DNA of 64,000 bases, from contig NW_027271439.1 in NCBI RefSeq assembly GCF_040938485.1, forward strand, positions 806,001 through 870,000, written 5' to 3'. Position 1 is the stretch's first letter. Each line of letters opens with the position of its first letter. The notes beneath the pieces were generated by a model that worked only from the letters and a program-made list of their open reading frames with translations, was not told the DNA's origin and searched no databases. A program made the position numbers and the translations under genes. Below, piece after piece: positions 37,669 to 51,500 of the stretch. Source of the DNA: Diadema antillarum (taxonomy: Eukaryota).

Positions 37669-37940
37669 CAGCTGTCATAATTATGTTTTGAAGTATAAAC
37701 ATCACTCAATCATTTCACCCCATAGAAATTACATATCTACATACGTAACCTTCACATTTTGAAGTTTTATTCTCAGAATAAAGAGGGCAGGAAAAAAAAA
37801 CGCACTAACGGTTCCTTTACCAGTTGTTTACCACGTAATGAGGCGCACCTTACATGCATCACACACCCCTAGAATGACTGAAAATTAATTGTACACTACA
37901 CTATCAATTCTAGCTCGTATCCGATTCGGTGGTCGATCTC

Positions 37941-39847
37941 CTACGGCTCGTAGGTGAGGACATGAACGCTCCCGTCGGAGTAGCACGGAATGACCACCTC
38001 AACGTTGCCATCGCCGTCGAGATCATGAACGGTTGGCGCACCCACGGTTCCATCCGTAGCCTCGAATATGGACCTCTTCGTGTAGCTCCAGTTGTTGGTG
38101 TCGGAGTCGTTCTCCGATTCGAACACGTAGATGTTGCTGTCGTCGTCACCGGTTAGCATTATCAGGGGCTTGTTCCTGAACAAAACACCATTTGAAGCAA
38201 AGTAGATTAGCATCTAACAACACCAGAAATGATTATTTTACAAAATGATAATAAAAAGGATGATAAGAAAGCATTCCTTTCTCCCTTCACTTTTCTCCTC
38301 TCTCTTTCTTCCTCATTACTACCGTTATCAGTGGTTACAAAAGTTTGACTTTGGTATATAATCTTGAAAATACCATGACATGAATATCTCCCATCATGTG
38401 CATCTCTGACTTAAGTATTTCTTTAATTGGACTAATGATCGGAAAGTTATTGTCAGAAAAGATTCCATGGTTATGGACGTTAAAATGCGACGGCAACACA
38501 ACAGCAACACAACAGAAGACAGAAGTAAACACAAGGATACAACAACCGGCAGATTAAAATGTGTACAGAAACAGTTGCGTAGCAACCTGAGGAAATTAGG
38601 CTTACTTGAAAAGAGACAAAGCGAGACCAAAGCGATGATAACCTCGTGATATTGGGAAATAGTAGCGATGAGTTAATGGGAAATGTATCGATTAGGGACT
38701 TTCAAAGGGTTTCCAATGGATATAATTCTGCTTAGACGTCACATTTCTATGACAAAATTTGCTCTCAGCCCATGAGATGCAAGAGTTTCAGTAGCTAATA
38801 ACAACTATCTGAACTTGTTATTGATAACGACTTTCATGAAACGGGTCCTGAAGGCCTCTCCAAGACTGACCTGTACGTCCCGTCTGGCTGGAAGGTGAAA
38901 GTGGTTCCGGGTGAACCCATACCCTCAGTCACGACCAGACCAGGGGGCTTGAAACCTTCAGCGATCAGGTGTCGAGTCCACGTGCCAGTCGCCCAGTTAT
39001 CGGGGATTTCAAACACGACCAGTTGACCATTTGATTTACTGTGGAAATGAAGTATTTTATATTACAAGGAGTAGAGAGGACACTGAACGGATGTGTTCAA
39101 TATACATAGTGAGAGGAAATTCTGCGGGGAATGTTGATTTAAAGGCAACAATTGTATATAAGATCAATTAAATAATTACACAAAAATGGCTAAACATGAA
39201 AGGAATTAGATGGAATAACGGTATATCACGTTTCTGTATGTTAGTGCACATTTTAGTTTTTACAGGAATTTTAAAGTAAAAGATGAATTGGTATCGTGAT
39301 TGCGACTTTGTATATACGTTAAACTCCACAACACCCTCTTCCTGATATATTTGATATGATTTGCTTCGTATTCCCGACTGTTGCCTTTATTTCAAAGTAT
39401 ATACTATCCTACATTGTAGCTATAGATCAGATTATTTTTATTTCATTCTTGTTTAAAAGCGATCATTCTAAACACCTGTTGATGGAGACTAGGAGGTCCT
39501 TTCTGCCGTCTCCGTTGATATCAACGTACTGAAATACAGGAAATGATAACGAACAATAAACAAGGGTCATAATTTGATTACTAGTATACGCAACAATGGA
39601 ACATGATCATAATACTATATACTTCAAACAAAGGCATAAGTACAAGACACTTTCAACCCGTTCATACGAACTTTTCTGACGGCAATTTATCTTTGCATTC
39701 AACGTCAGCGATGGTATTAGAATTGATATAATTTTGTATACATTGAATACAGATGTGGGTGACTCATTATTTCTATACAAATATATTAGAAGCTGGTATA
39801 CTACTGTATACAAGTCTCAAAATGATCACATAATATACAAATAACAT

Positions 39848-39884
<37 letters not shown>

Positions 39885-40231
39885 CACACACACATACACA
39901 CACACAAAGGAAAATGTTTGAAAACCAAGAAGTAATCTATCATTAGAACAAGAATGTAGGCCCCATATTTATTCCGACCCATGTAATCACCATGACAATC
40001 TACATCATCCTAAACTTAAACTGAAACTATCTATGTATTAAGTTCAATGTCAGAGGAGAATTTTGGTTTACCTCACAGTCGAAATATCGATTATCGGCAA
40101 TCGCCTCAATAGTACGGTGGTTCAAGTTCTTGAAATTTGGCTGATCTGCAAAAAATGAAAAAAAAAATCGATTGTTTTGTTGTTATCAAGAAAAAAATAA
40201 ATCCTGTGCAAATGCACTGATATTCGATAAG

Positions 40232-40264
<33 letters not shown>

Positions 40265-43200
40265 GTATTTTCCCTGGCTTTCTAATACTGAATTTTGTCA
40301 TCAAAGTTTATGTCGATAAGTCAAACACTGTAATGTATATAGACGTAATGATGTAACGATATTACAGAAAAATGATTGCGAAGATAAACGCTTTACTTTC
40401 TCGCACTGATTGTTTCAAAAATGAATTCTGATGATTTCTGCCACCGGTATCAACATCATCATCATTGTCACCATCAGATGAATATTGAAAGAGATATTTT
40501 AAACTATCTGATTGATTAGATAAACGAATAATTATTTAATCAGCAATCAATATATTAAATTTGTCGCAATTTAAACAGTACAGTACAACCGAAAAAATAC
40601 CCTAATAGTACTTTAAAACACGATAGCAAGATGGAGAATTCTTTAGAGCAAAAATTCGTCAATATACCTACCGTCGTCGGACCAGGAGGCGACCAGTTTC
40701 TCGGCAAAGTACTGCGTGCTGAAGATGGCCGTACGAGTGACCCACGGCGACATCGGTATCTCCTCGTAACGGAAAAGGGCATCGGGACCCTCGAAGAGCG
40801 TGTCAACATCCCATGTGGTGGAGATGGGATTCATCCGTGGCTGACTGAAGTACACCATCTCTGCCAATGTCGTTGAGGCGGATGCTAAAGATTCAGGAAA
40901 GGAGGGAGTGGGCGGGGGATGATAACGGGATGGTAATCATGGGTTCCTGTTATTACTGCATGTCACTGAGAAACAGGTGGGTGTAATGAATTATATTTGT
41001 AGCCTCATTCTGAACATTATCTTATCAAGAGCAATAACGATGTCGATGGAAAAGTGAACAAATTGGAAAGATTAAGGTTGCTTAAAGTTATAAAGGGGGA
41101 AGTAAAATCTGAACTCATAAGCAATGATGAGACTTATACATCGACTCAGTATCATCAGGGTTCTTGTGGCGGTAAACAGCCACGCTTTCAACGACCAACG
41201 AATCAGTTTTAATGCTCCATTAAGTGATGATTAAATCACTTTCCATTAACATAAGAATATTGCTAAATAGCGGTGTTACTAACAACCGTTGAGTACACAG
41301 AAATGCCGCAAGTCGTTCGCAAAGTTTTGTCATGTATGTAAAATGCAATATCTATATCGGATTGCCCTTGTCTACATCGGTCCTATAACTATGTTAAAAC
41401 CACGAACTCTTTTTGTTTTCAATACAGTATTTCTCCACCGGACTTTCCCTGCATTTTCCCCGAGTTCATAACGAAGGATATTACCCACATGTATCGGCTC
41501 TGGCGGTGAGCATGTCTTTTCGTCCGTCACCATCGACATCGACGAAGTAGACACGATGATACCACCAGTGCTCCGTGACAGACCCAGTGGTCAGGTCGTG
41601 GTAGGGAGCCGGGTGGGCTGTGTGGAGAAAGCAACAACTGGAGTGGTCATCTTCACTTGCAAACACTCTCTTCTCCTGTCGAACAAGATTCACTCACAAA
41701 TGAAATTTACTGCATTTCTTAAAAAGTGATGATTATACTTCATCATGTACAAGCTGATACATGTACATGATACACAATGTGGACAGGTTAATTCTGTGCT
41801 ACATGCTGATGTTTGATGAATAAGCTGTAGAGCTGAAATTGAAGTCAAATGACTCGCAATATCATCAACATGACCAAGGAATATCACATATAACAGATCG
41901 TATGTCATTTTCATTGTATTTTTGTGATGCGTTATACTTGGTGATTGAATATCATATCTAAAAGGCGAAGCTGCATGTCGTCATAAACCGTATTGAACTG
42001 TTGAATATGAACATACACACACACCATATCTCTCTACTTTCTCAGACACAAATATGTAATACTCTATAATATCATATTTGAGTGAACATGGTTGTCACAT
42101 TGCCAGACCCATTCTTTTTAGGTTTCTGTTTAACATCATATTTGTAAAGAGAAATTGTCTAAGTTGTCAAAAGATATTACAATTCGAAAGTGACACCCCT
42201 CTGGTTCAACGCAGGCTCTAAACAATCAGATTTCATAGACATTTATAGATCATTCACAATTTGAATGAACACATACAATGGTTTTTCGTTCGCCGCTGTT
42301 CAGTTCACTGTATGACTATACCCATGTGGCTTCGTTTGTCTGGGTTGATTTCATTTCTGTCTTTTTTGCTCTAATGAGAGTACATGTACTGTACTAAATT
42401 TTTCAGATATGATATGAAATGCAAAATCATAATATTGGAATGTCTTTTCAAAGGCATTAATATATTGTTTACTCCTGCCTGTCATAAAGTTTGAATGGTG
42501 CTCCAAATCAAATAACACCCCCCCCCCAAAAAAAATAGTTTATACATTATAATTAATAGTAAGTTCAAACACATACAAACATGAATACAATTTATGTATA
42601 GAAAAAATGCACTGTCGAGTCCAGACAACATATTTTTTCTACTTCTCATTTACTCTTAGCTATAAGTTTATAGTTGTACAGACCCTGCTGGAAAGAACAC
42701 AGTGTCACACAGTGTGAGAAACACAGTGTGAAGACAATGTGAACACATTACAGTGTGAAATCCCTTCACACTGTTAAATTGGAGCGTTTTAACAGTGTGA
42801 ACACATTGTGAATCATTAATTCACAGTGTGACACAGAACATTAACATGTGAGCTCTCTGTGAAAACCTAAGCACAGTGTGAAATCATCTCTAAACTGTTA
42901 AATTCGAGCGTTTTTACATAGACGACTGTGTGACCACACTGTGACCACACTGTGGGACACTGTGTTCTTTCCAGTAGGAAATAGATTGAACAGAAAATGA
43001 CACTCACACGAACTGTCTGCTTCAATCACACCAATACTTCCTGCTGTTTTGCCGGGGACCAAAAATCCGTTGGCCACCCACCAATACCGATCGGTGCCGA
43101 ATACATCTTCTGTATAATGAGAAAGGGAAAGCAAGGTGGTTTCGACAAGTCCGTTCCCCCTAAAATAAGGTCAATAGTATAGTTCAGAGTGGGATTGAAA

Positions 43201-43945
43201 GAAAAGCAACTAACCAGGAAAGAAGAACTTGAGGCAGAAAGACGTATTGTTAGTATAGTCCTTTGTGGTTAAGGGAATTTTTTATGAATATGAAAACTCC
43301 TTAGTGAGTACGGAACGAAAAACGTGGGCATGTCTCAATACAAATCATTACAATCATGACAATAGTGACATCAGCTGTCTCTAATATTTGGTCATGTAGA
43401 GGAAATACAAATCACACAAACAAGCAAAATCTATCTTTCTTTCATCAAAATAAAAAGCAACAATTCCTCTCGCGATCTCTGTTGGTCAGCTCGTCACATC
43501 TAAGGTCATGATTGATTATTTCGCATATCATTTTTGCACTCCACTCCGTTTCTGTCTATTTTTCTCCTTTTCTTTTAATACTTCCTCCTCTCTCCCTACA
43601 TGATGAGATGTTGATAAAGTCGTCCATACCTGGAACAGGTTCCACTTCGTTAGGCCACAGAAGACCATCAGCCAAGGTCTGTCGGGCTGAGTTCAGGTTA
43701 CTACGGCCCAGCTTGCTGCCGATGTCCCTGATCACGTACACTTCGTCCGTAGACAAGGGGTTGGCATTGAAGGTGCTCACGGTCAGGTCCAGCTGGTCAG
43801 GATTGTTGGGATTCTCGTGGATGGCCGAGAAGGCTGCATCATCCGCGTCGAATGAGGTTATTTCAACGTAACTATCTCCCCGGGCCGCCCCGTTGAGGGC
43901 AAGCAAGACGAGGCCCTGCGCAACAAGAAGTAAGATTCTCTCCAT
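37941..43945 (-). CDS. Secreted FG-GAP/VCBS-like (DxDGDG) repeat protein, paralog A; 8 exons, 429 aa; predicted beta-propeller
   Basis: Exons 43945-43630, 43109-43008, 41617-41489, 40884-40672, 40145-40072, 39528-39476, 39038-38871 and 38175-37941 (1290 nt, GT-AG, phases 1,1,1,1,0,2,2). Signal-peptide-like MERILLLVAQGLVLLALNGAARG; motifs DVDGDGRKD, DINGDGRKD, DLDGDGNVE; colinear with paralog B. Confidence 0.9.
39853..39905. repeat. (CA)n microsatellite
   Basis: Direct reading; a (GT)n tract also lies at ~40235-40262. Confidence 0.95.
42683..42978. mobile_element. MITE with CCCTGCTGGAAAGAACACAGTG termini and internal CACAGTGTG repeats
   Basis: CCCTGCTGGAAAGAACACAGTGTC...GACACTGTGTTCTTTCCAGTAGG; ends 30 bp from the exon-2 donor of paralog A. 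Confidence 0.7.
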
Positions 43946-45373
43946 TTTGAGTCGGGAGATGTGTCGAAGACGGTATCTCGGTGAAAATGAGAGGAGTTGT
44001 TATCTGTATCGAGTATAGATATCACAGACACAGGAAAATATGTGTCGTTCTTCGCCAGAAGGGCGTGTTCCCAAGCAAAGCTTGTCGGTCGTCATCAGTA
44101 GAAGACTGGATGCACGTAATACATGGTGCTGTACAGAAAGTAACTACAAAGGTCATTAATTTACCACGAGTCTGCCACCTGAAAACTTGCTGTCTATACA
44201 AAGTGATTCTCCCTCTTGATTCAAGATGATTCGTCTATCATCATCAAACGGAGCGTAAACCGTAATACACCCATACATACACGTACCTATGACACACCCC
44301 ACACACATTCATTTTCTAACATTGATTTTTACATTTTGAAGTCCGCCTGTATAGTTCAATGAAATTTCGTCAGATTTATCAAGATTGGCGCCAGTGAGTA
44401 CCAGAGTGACTAACCTCATTGGTTGATAAACAGGCACAGAAAAATATGAAGAGGATGCAGGTATGAATGAAAGCATTATGCATTATCATTTATACGATAG
44501 GAAAAGACAACAAAAATTCAGATCAAATGATATCAAATCAACCCAAGTATAGGGGCATGAGCATTGCAAGCGAATGTGAAATAATTGCATTCTAGGTCTT
44601 CTATACTTGTGCTCACAGCCGGAGCACGAATTTTAGGCAAGGTTCACACAATATTGTATTTTTGTTTTTTCTAACGACTATAAACCAATAAATCAGCGTA
44701 CCATTTGCAAATTACTGCATGTTCCCCTAACCCTCCTTCCCCTCAAAAAAGCCCATAACAACAAACAACCAAAAAACGAACTTACTAAACAAAACACTAA
44801 ATGAATTGATTTTTCAACCACTTAAAGACATCTTGGCAATTTCTGCAACAGAATTTGCGTATATAGTGGAGAAATACATGTACATAATGGAGGGAAAGTC
44901 TCACAATCCTCATTCACCTTTGGATGTTTGGACAACATTGAATTCTCTCATGTCCCAATGTTAACATGTAAGAGAGAGAGAGAGAGGGGGGGGGGGGGGG
45001 ATAACTTTTACCAAAGGCTTAATACGGCGGCCTTACAGAGAGCAAAAAGTGGCAATGGACACATTAACTTCCAGCCCCCTCATTCGTTTTAACTAGGGTG
45101 TGGGATTTAAAACCAACTCTGGGAATGAGGTGGATGCTTTGTCTGAGAAATATGCTTCATCTCCGACGGCGTTTAAATTCTTAGATCATAATACAGCAGT
45201 CTTTTTCATGATTCTCACCTGCCGTTACATATAATAGTATGACTCCAGTGTTTTCAAAAATTGCTCTCACGTGCTTGTAAATGAGATGTCGGTAAACAAC
45301 GGATGTTGAGTAATTTCTTTCCATAATCGTAAGCGGATTACTGGCTAATGCTCTTAATGTCAGCCATGAGATG

Positions 45374-45383
45374 TATATATAAA
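45374..45383 (+). promoter_or_regulatory. Candidate TATA box of paralog B
   Basis: TATATATAAA about 120 bp upstream of ATG 45501, with an Inr-like TCATATAC ~25-30 bp downstream. Confidence 0.5.
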
Positions 45384-45500
45384 GCCCTCAGCACTTGCCT
45401 GAATCATATACTTTTGGCCCTTGACACCAGCAACTCAAGTTGACCACATCTGCAATATAAGAAGAGGGCAAATAATTGAAATACATAAATTTCTGTAAAA

Positions 45501-48500
45501 ATGATTCGTTGGTTGGTATTATTAGTCTTTTATCCAGCCGCCATGGCTTGGACGGTGCGGAATCTCGGGCACATTGACATCCCTTTCGCTGCCTTCACCT
45601 CCGTTCTTCCCGACCCCAACACGGGAGTGGACACCGTCTCCATCAGCACATTCAACCCCGTGCCAGGCACCAAGGATAACATCTACATCGTGCGCGACGT
45701 TGGGCGACAACTCGCCGACAACGGTGCGAACGCCCTGGTGACCGAGGTCCTCGCGGACGGCATGGTGTGGCCAAACGAGGTCGAAGAGATTCCCGGTAAA
45801 TCTTAATCAATTTTGGTGATAATTATTATAACAATGACAATTGTGATTTTCTTTACCAATTAAGAGTAGCCTCTTCAGTGTTAAAGGTCCAGTTTACCTT
45901 TGGGAGCAGTGATTTTAGAAATGTTCAAGATATCACATTTGATGCATGATGTGTAAGTCTGTTTTATCACAAAACATCCTACCATATAAAATTTTCGCAA
46001 TAAAGCCTAAAATATAAGGAGATATCATTATTTTTCTCAATAAACCGTAATTGTAGACGGTTTAGTCTGGAAGCATTCTTATTATAACTATTGTTCACAT
46101 TTTGTGTATTTAACAATACTTAACATCGATTATACGGATTCAAATTTTTACATTGGTTGTTTCTATCTCTAACTCACATTTTAGAACTATTTTAAAGCAC
46201 TAATGCTGGGGTTTTGTTTCATCTGCAAATGGTAAATTATGCCTTTAAGCAAAGTTGTTCTCCCAATGGGCCCAATAAATAAAAATGATATATATGTATA
46301 TATATATATATATATCACCCCAGCATTACAAGGTAACACGTTTTGTTCAAGAGGGACATTAGACATCTAAGCACAGTGCGTGGTTCGAACTCCAAACAGC
46401 AGACTGGAAGTATAGCGCCTTATCCACTGTACCACAGTGTAGTAGCCTTTTATGTTGAAGGGGAAATGCGTCTTAAAAGCGACAGTCTGAATACAGCAGT
46501 ACTTGTATTTAATTTTGGATAAATTTCAAGGAAACCTGAATGGGAGTATCCCCATATATTCCAAACTAAGCTTTGATTTACAAAAGGCGAAGCTGCAGAA
46601 TGAAGTACCCCACCCCGACTGAGACGGGTGGTCTAAACTTTAAAACTGATGAAAATGCCTACGGGTAACACTGGTAACATCAATGAAAAGTTCCCGACAA
46701 CAAGAAACTTAAGAAAGTTTCAATGATAGTAAATTGACACAGACACGTAAATACAACCCTGCTCGCCCCAGCGTTATTTCTCTAATATTTAGCTTGTCAA
46801 ACAACAACGACAACATGATGTTGTAGAAAATGTGTTTTTTTTTTTAATGCCTTCACTCAAGGAATATTTACTTCACCTAAGCAATGTATTCAAGAACATG
46901 AATTTTTGCTTACACAATGTCATGTCACAGCAACCCCGTAGCGAAATGCTACATTGGAGAAAATTCATGTGTCAAAATAGTAGGCTTTCTTTAACAACTA
47001 CGCACCTGCTTCAAACAATGGTAAAAGTTACAGACAAAAATTGCCTTAACTCTGTTTAGAGCACGGTACAGCAGCAAGTACTGGTCCTGTCAGGATAAAG
47101 TATTTAATGCTAGGACAAAATGGTGTCAAATATTTTTTTTTCAAGAATAGTTATCAGACAAGTTTATATGCTTCTGCGTATATTTTACATTTTTGTGAAT
47201 TTTTGATGTTATTGTCTTTTCTTTACAAAATTACTTCAGATTCAAAACACTGTATCGGGCCTGCACTTCGATTTGAACCATTATTTAAGTGAGAGAAGTG
47301 TGCATTATAAGTATAGAAAAAGCTATGTAGGTTATTCCTAAGTCTGCGGTATCTTAGCCTTTTCAAAACCAATTTTTCATCTAGTGAACTTCGAATTTCT
47401 CTTAGAAATTAATACCTGTTCTCTAAATGATATTTCATCAGTGGTTTCTTATTTCACAAACAGTTAAAATCTGAATTTCCACTCTCGTGATTAACTATGC
47501 ACGCGACTGATATGCCAATGTATGGTATTATGCAAGTTAATGACGTGTATATACTGTGACATCCAAGAACAATACTTATGATCAATGTCTTCAGGTATAT
47601 AGCCCCATCCATCATCAATAGAATATGGTGCCGGATACATGGCGATGTGTAATCTAATCACAAGGCCAAATTAAAATAATGCACTGTACCAGGCAAGGAA
47701 TTATCCTCGGACTAATATTTGAGAAAATTTACACCTGTCCGTTCCAATTGTCTTATCTTGTCAATTGATAAATTCAGTCTTATCGGATATAACAAACACA
47801 ACTCACATGTGGTGACACTGGGATACTGGTACACAATAATGTAGGCGTGTCGACACATCATGTCGTTTTATCGTACGAGATACAGCGACTCCGCAAAGAC
47901 CCTCTTGAGCCAGTAACCAATGGTTTGAAGCGGGATGCAATTGTGGGATTTGCGCATGTCTGTTTCTCTCGTACTCGAATCACCCGAGTTTGATGAAGTT
48001 TTAATTGGTAGCTGATTAAGGTGACCGTGTAAGTGATGGGGGGGGGGGGCAGAAGAAAAAATAGAAAGAAGGGAAGAGGGACAGAAGGAGGGAGAAAGGG
48101 AGTGATGAAGGAATACTGATGGATATGTTATTCGGCGGGAGCAAGGCACACACGAGTTTACACTCAGGGATCTGTAATCGCATTAATGTATTTTGCTGTA
48201 CCATGTTTTTGACCTTTTGCAACACGTGATTCCACTAGATATGAAAAGCACATTATTTGTAGGATATGAAAACATAATCATACTTAGCTGTCTGAAATGC
48301 TAATCATAATCAACTTTATAAAAGAGCAATGAAATAAACTCTTGCTTTTCAGAACAATTTCACTCAAACAACTCTTTAATACAAAGACATAGAACAGACT
48401 AGAGGAATAGCTCTTATAGGTGAGCCTTCAATCTTTACATGAATCATATTACTCTACCTTATTCTTTCGAGGCATAAACTGGATGGCATCCAGAACTCAC

Positions 48501-51500
48501 GTACCCCTAGCCTTAGACTCTCTTAATGGACGTAAATTCCTTTTTCACTCAGACGACGTGTTTGGTCGCCATGGTCTGTGGTGGGTTGCCAATGGGTTCC
48601 TGGTCCCGACCAAAACGGACGGCAACATCGAGATCATCGAAGCAGGGAATGACACTTCCAGTGAGTATACACAGTCAAGATAAACACTATTTACTTTAAA
48701 CGTTCGCCATCAACCTGCAGTCAGTTTCTGGAAGAATCTGATGCGGTATTCAAAGTCGTATGTTTGGGGTTCTCTCTTCCCCCGGCAGGCTTCACGTCTT
48801 TCCACATTACCCCTCCCCACACACTAGCGTAATAATTATAACGCCATTTTGAGTTTATTCCCATTTTTACTGATGTACCGAAAAGGAGATCACCAAATTG
48901 GTAACGTTTTTATTGGCACCGTCCCGTAGTGCACTGGGATGTTTGAATCTTAATACTCTTTTTACGTTAATTGCGCTAATAGAACTGTCAGGTATAATAC
49001 ATTTGTAATGACTAAAATCAATACATTCGCTCACATGTAGTCATCCTTTTGTCTGAAATTTTCACAAAGTCGCACCGGCCACCACCTATGACATCACTAC
49101 TCGAGTCCTCGACAGATCCAAATGGTTCTACCATCGAGTTTACTTCGTCGACATGGACAAAGACGGCCTCAAGGACGCCCTCACGTGTCGTGCATACGTA
49201 CCAGTAGGTAAGTTAATATGCGACCGGAGAGTTCTCGAAAATGACATTTTTAATTATTACTATGTATTGAGCAATGATGCACACTTTTCTGCATCAAGTT
49301 AGAATAGCAGTCAAAGTGTAACGGGTATTTGAGGACCCAAATTTGTGAGGTGCAATATTTTGATTATATTTTGTAAGTTACATAAATATATATCATTATC
49401 AAAGCAGAAACTTGTAATCCAGTCCCAATGTAGATTCGCCATGATTTATGCAGATTTGATTACCACATTAAGAATAAACACACTTTAGTAATATCTGCCT
49501 CTGATATGAGATGATTATTCATTGACGCAGTTTAAAGGAAAGTGTATGAAATGAAAATTCAATATCCCTATGCTGCTGGATTATAACTCTTTGTTTGCCA
49601 TGTAATGGAGTAAACAATTTACCCCTGTGATTTGAGAAAAGATTCCACACAATGACCATACGCTGAAGGATAGTACGTCCTGTAATGTGGCTATTTAATG
49701 GTTAGGTAGACTAAGCGGTCTTGTAACTGCGATAGATATACCTTCCCGACATTTGCGATTCGTTATATTCGTTATGAAATATATCACAGATTATCATTAT
49801 TTTTCATGCCTATTATTCGAAAGTTGTCTTAATAAGCCTTTAGTCTTCTCAATTATAACGATTTTTTTCTCATCTTGAGTAATAATATTTCATTACAAAC
49901 ATATAGGTCTATATTGTATCAATCTAGCAAATCAATAATGAATCATAACGCCAAAGAGAGGAGCGGCGCATATGACACCTGTCCCTTCAGGACCTGCTAA
50001 TGACTCTTTTTGAATGTTTTTAAGTGCTGACTGGCACAGGAAATGACACAGCGTACCTCTACACACTGGCCAATAGTCCTGTGACTGTGTGTGCCTATAT
50101 TTCTGCTCGAGGCCTGTCGTGATGTTCTGTCAATGGATCTCTTACTGAAGTATGAAAAATGCATTGATATATCACTGAATCTATATTATTGAATTAACGT
50201 CGATATCTTTCTTTCTTTCCACCTAAAGTGGGAGAGGTACAGGCTGAGATGGTCTGGTTCAAGCATCCACCAGTCGGCAACCCGCTCGCCCTGCCCTGGA
50301 AGGAGAACGTCATGTTCACAGGTCCCGATGCCTTCTTCCGCTACGAAGAGCTGCCACTGCCACGCTCTATCGGCCAGAAGCGGTATGCCATCTTCAGCAC
50401 ACAGTACTTCTCAGAACAGATCGTTGTGTCATGGACAGAAGGTATGTCACTTGAAAGATGGGTTTATATTATCATGATCATAGTTGCTTTATCAGAAATT
50501 CGTCACGTCAAATGCGTGCAATCTCGATGCATTGGGCAGTATTTTTGGGGTGGTATTATGACTATAGTTATTGGGATGGTATTATAATAAAGTTAAAAAA
50601 TAATCTAATATAAATAATAACAGTATAATACATTTGTATGTCATAAAACAATACAATATAGTATGTAACATTATATTATACCATGCAAGTAAATTATATG
50701 TAAAATGATGTATAGCATGGTATAATATAAAATGCATCGTTCATAATAATCATTGACACCACACACAACTGCAACCTTCTATGCATGTAATCTCATCCCG
50801 TTCTTGACTATTCTTCAAGGACTCTCCCCTGATTGGTCTAAAATAAAGCACAGGATTATTGACTACGTTCCTGAGGAAAGGTTCTTTGAATGTGAGGTAA
50901 GAGGAAACAATCTAAGGCTGCGTTTATCTAAAAATTTTCTGAGGCAGAATCACGATCCTAAACGCATTTGAGGCATTTTCAGGGGTTAGATAAACGCAAC
51001 CGTGGTTTCAAACGCGTTTAGGAACGCCGTTTTGAAACGCCTCTCAAAGGGCGTTTTGAAACGCGTTTGAGACCACGATCGCTGTTCTGTGAGTAGATAA
51101 ACGCAATGCCGTTTTGAAACGCGTTTATATCTCAAGGTCAAATCCCAGCTGTTTCCGGTTGTGCTCTCTGCCCATTATTTGTGTGTGACTGATGAGGCAG
51201 GTTTGGTGGTATGAAGTTGACCTTTACTTCCCGGGTCAGACGCCGCAAAGCAGCTGCGCAGTGACACCACTGGAATCGCGATTGTAATGGTTAGATAAAC
51301 GCGGCTCCTCGAGAATCGCGTTTCAAACCACGTTTACAAACACCGTTGCAAACGCGTTTGGAAACGTGATTCTCTCTCTCAAGTTAGATAAACGCAGCCT
51401 TAGACGCATGTAATACTGAGTACCGGCTATGAAATTAATTAGCTAAGTAATAAGTTATTTAAACTAAAACAATACGTATAAATATCTAACAGGTCAGGCA

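Noticed and set aside
46340-46440. tRNA-like sequence (GGTTCGAACTCC)
   Set aside because: Degenerate, no complete cloverleaf; best explained as a SINE remnant rather than a tRNA gene.
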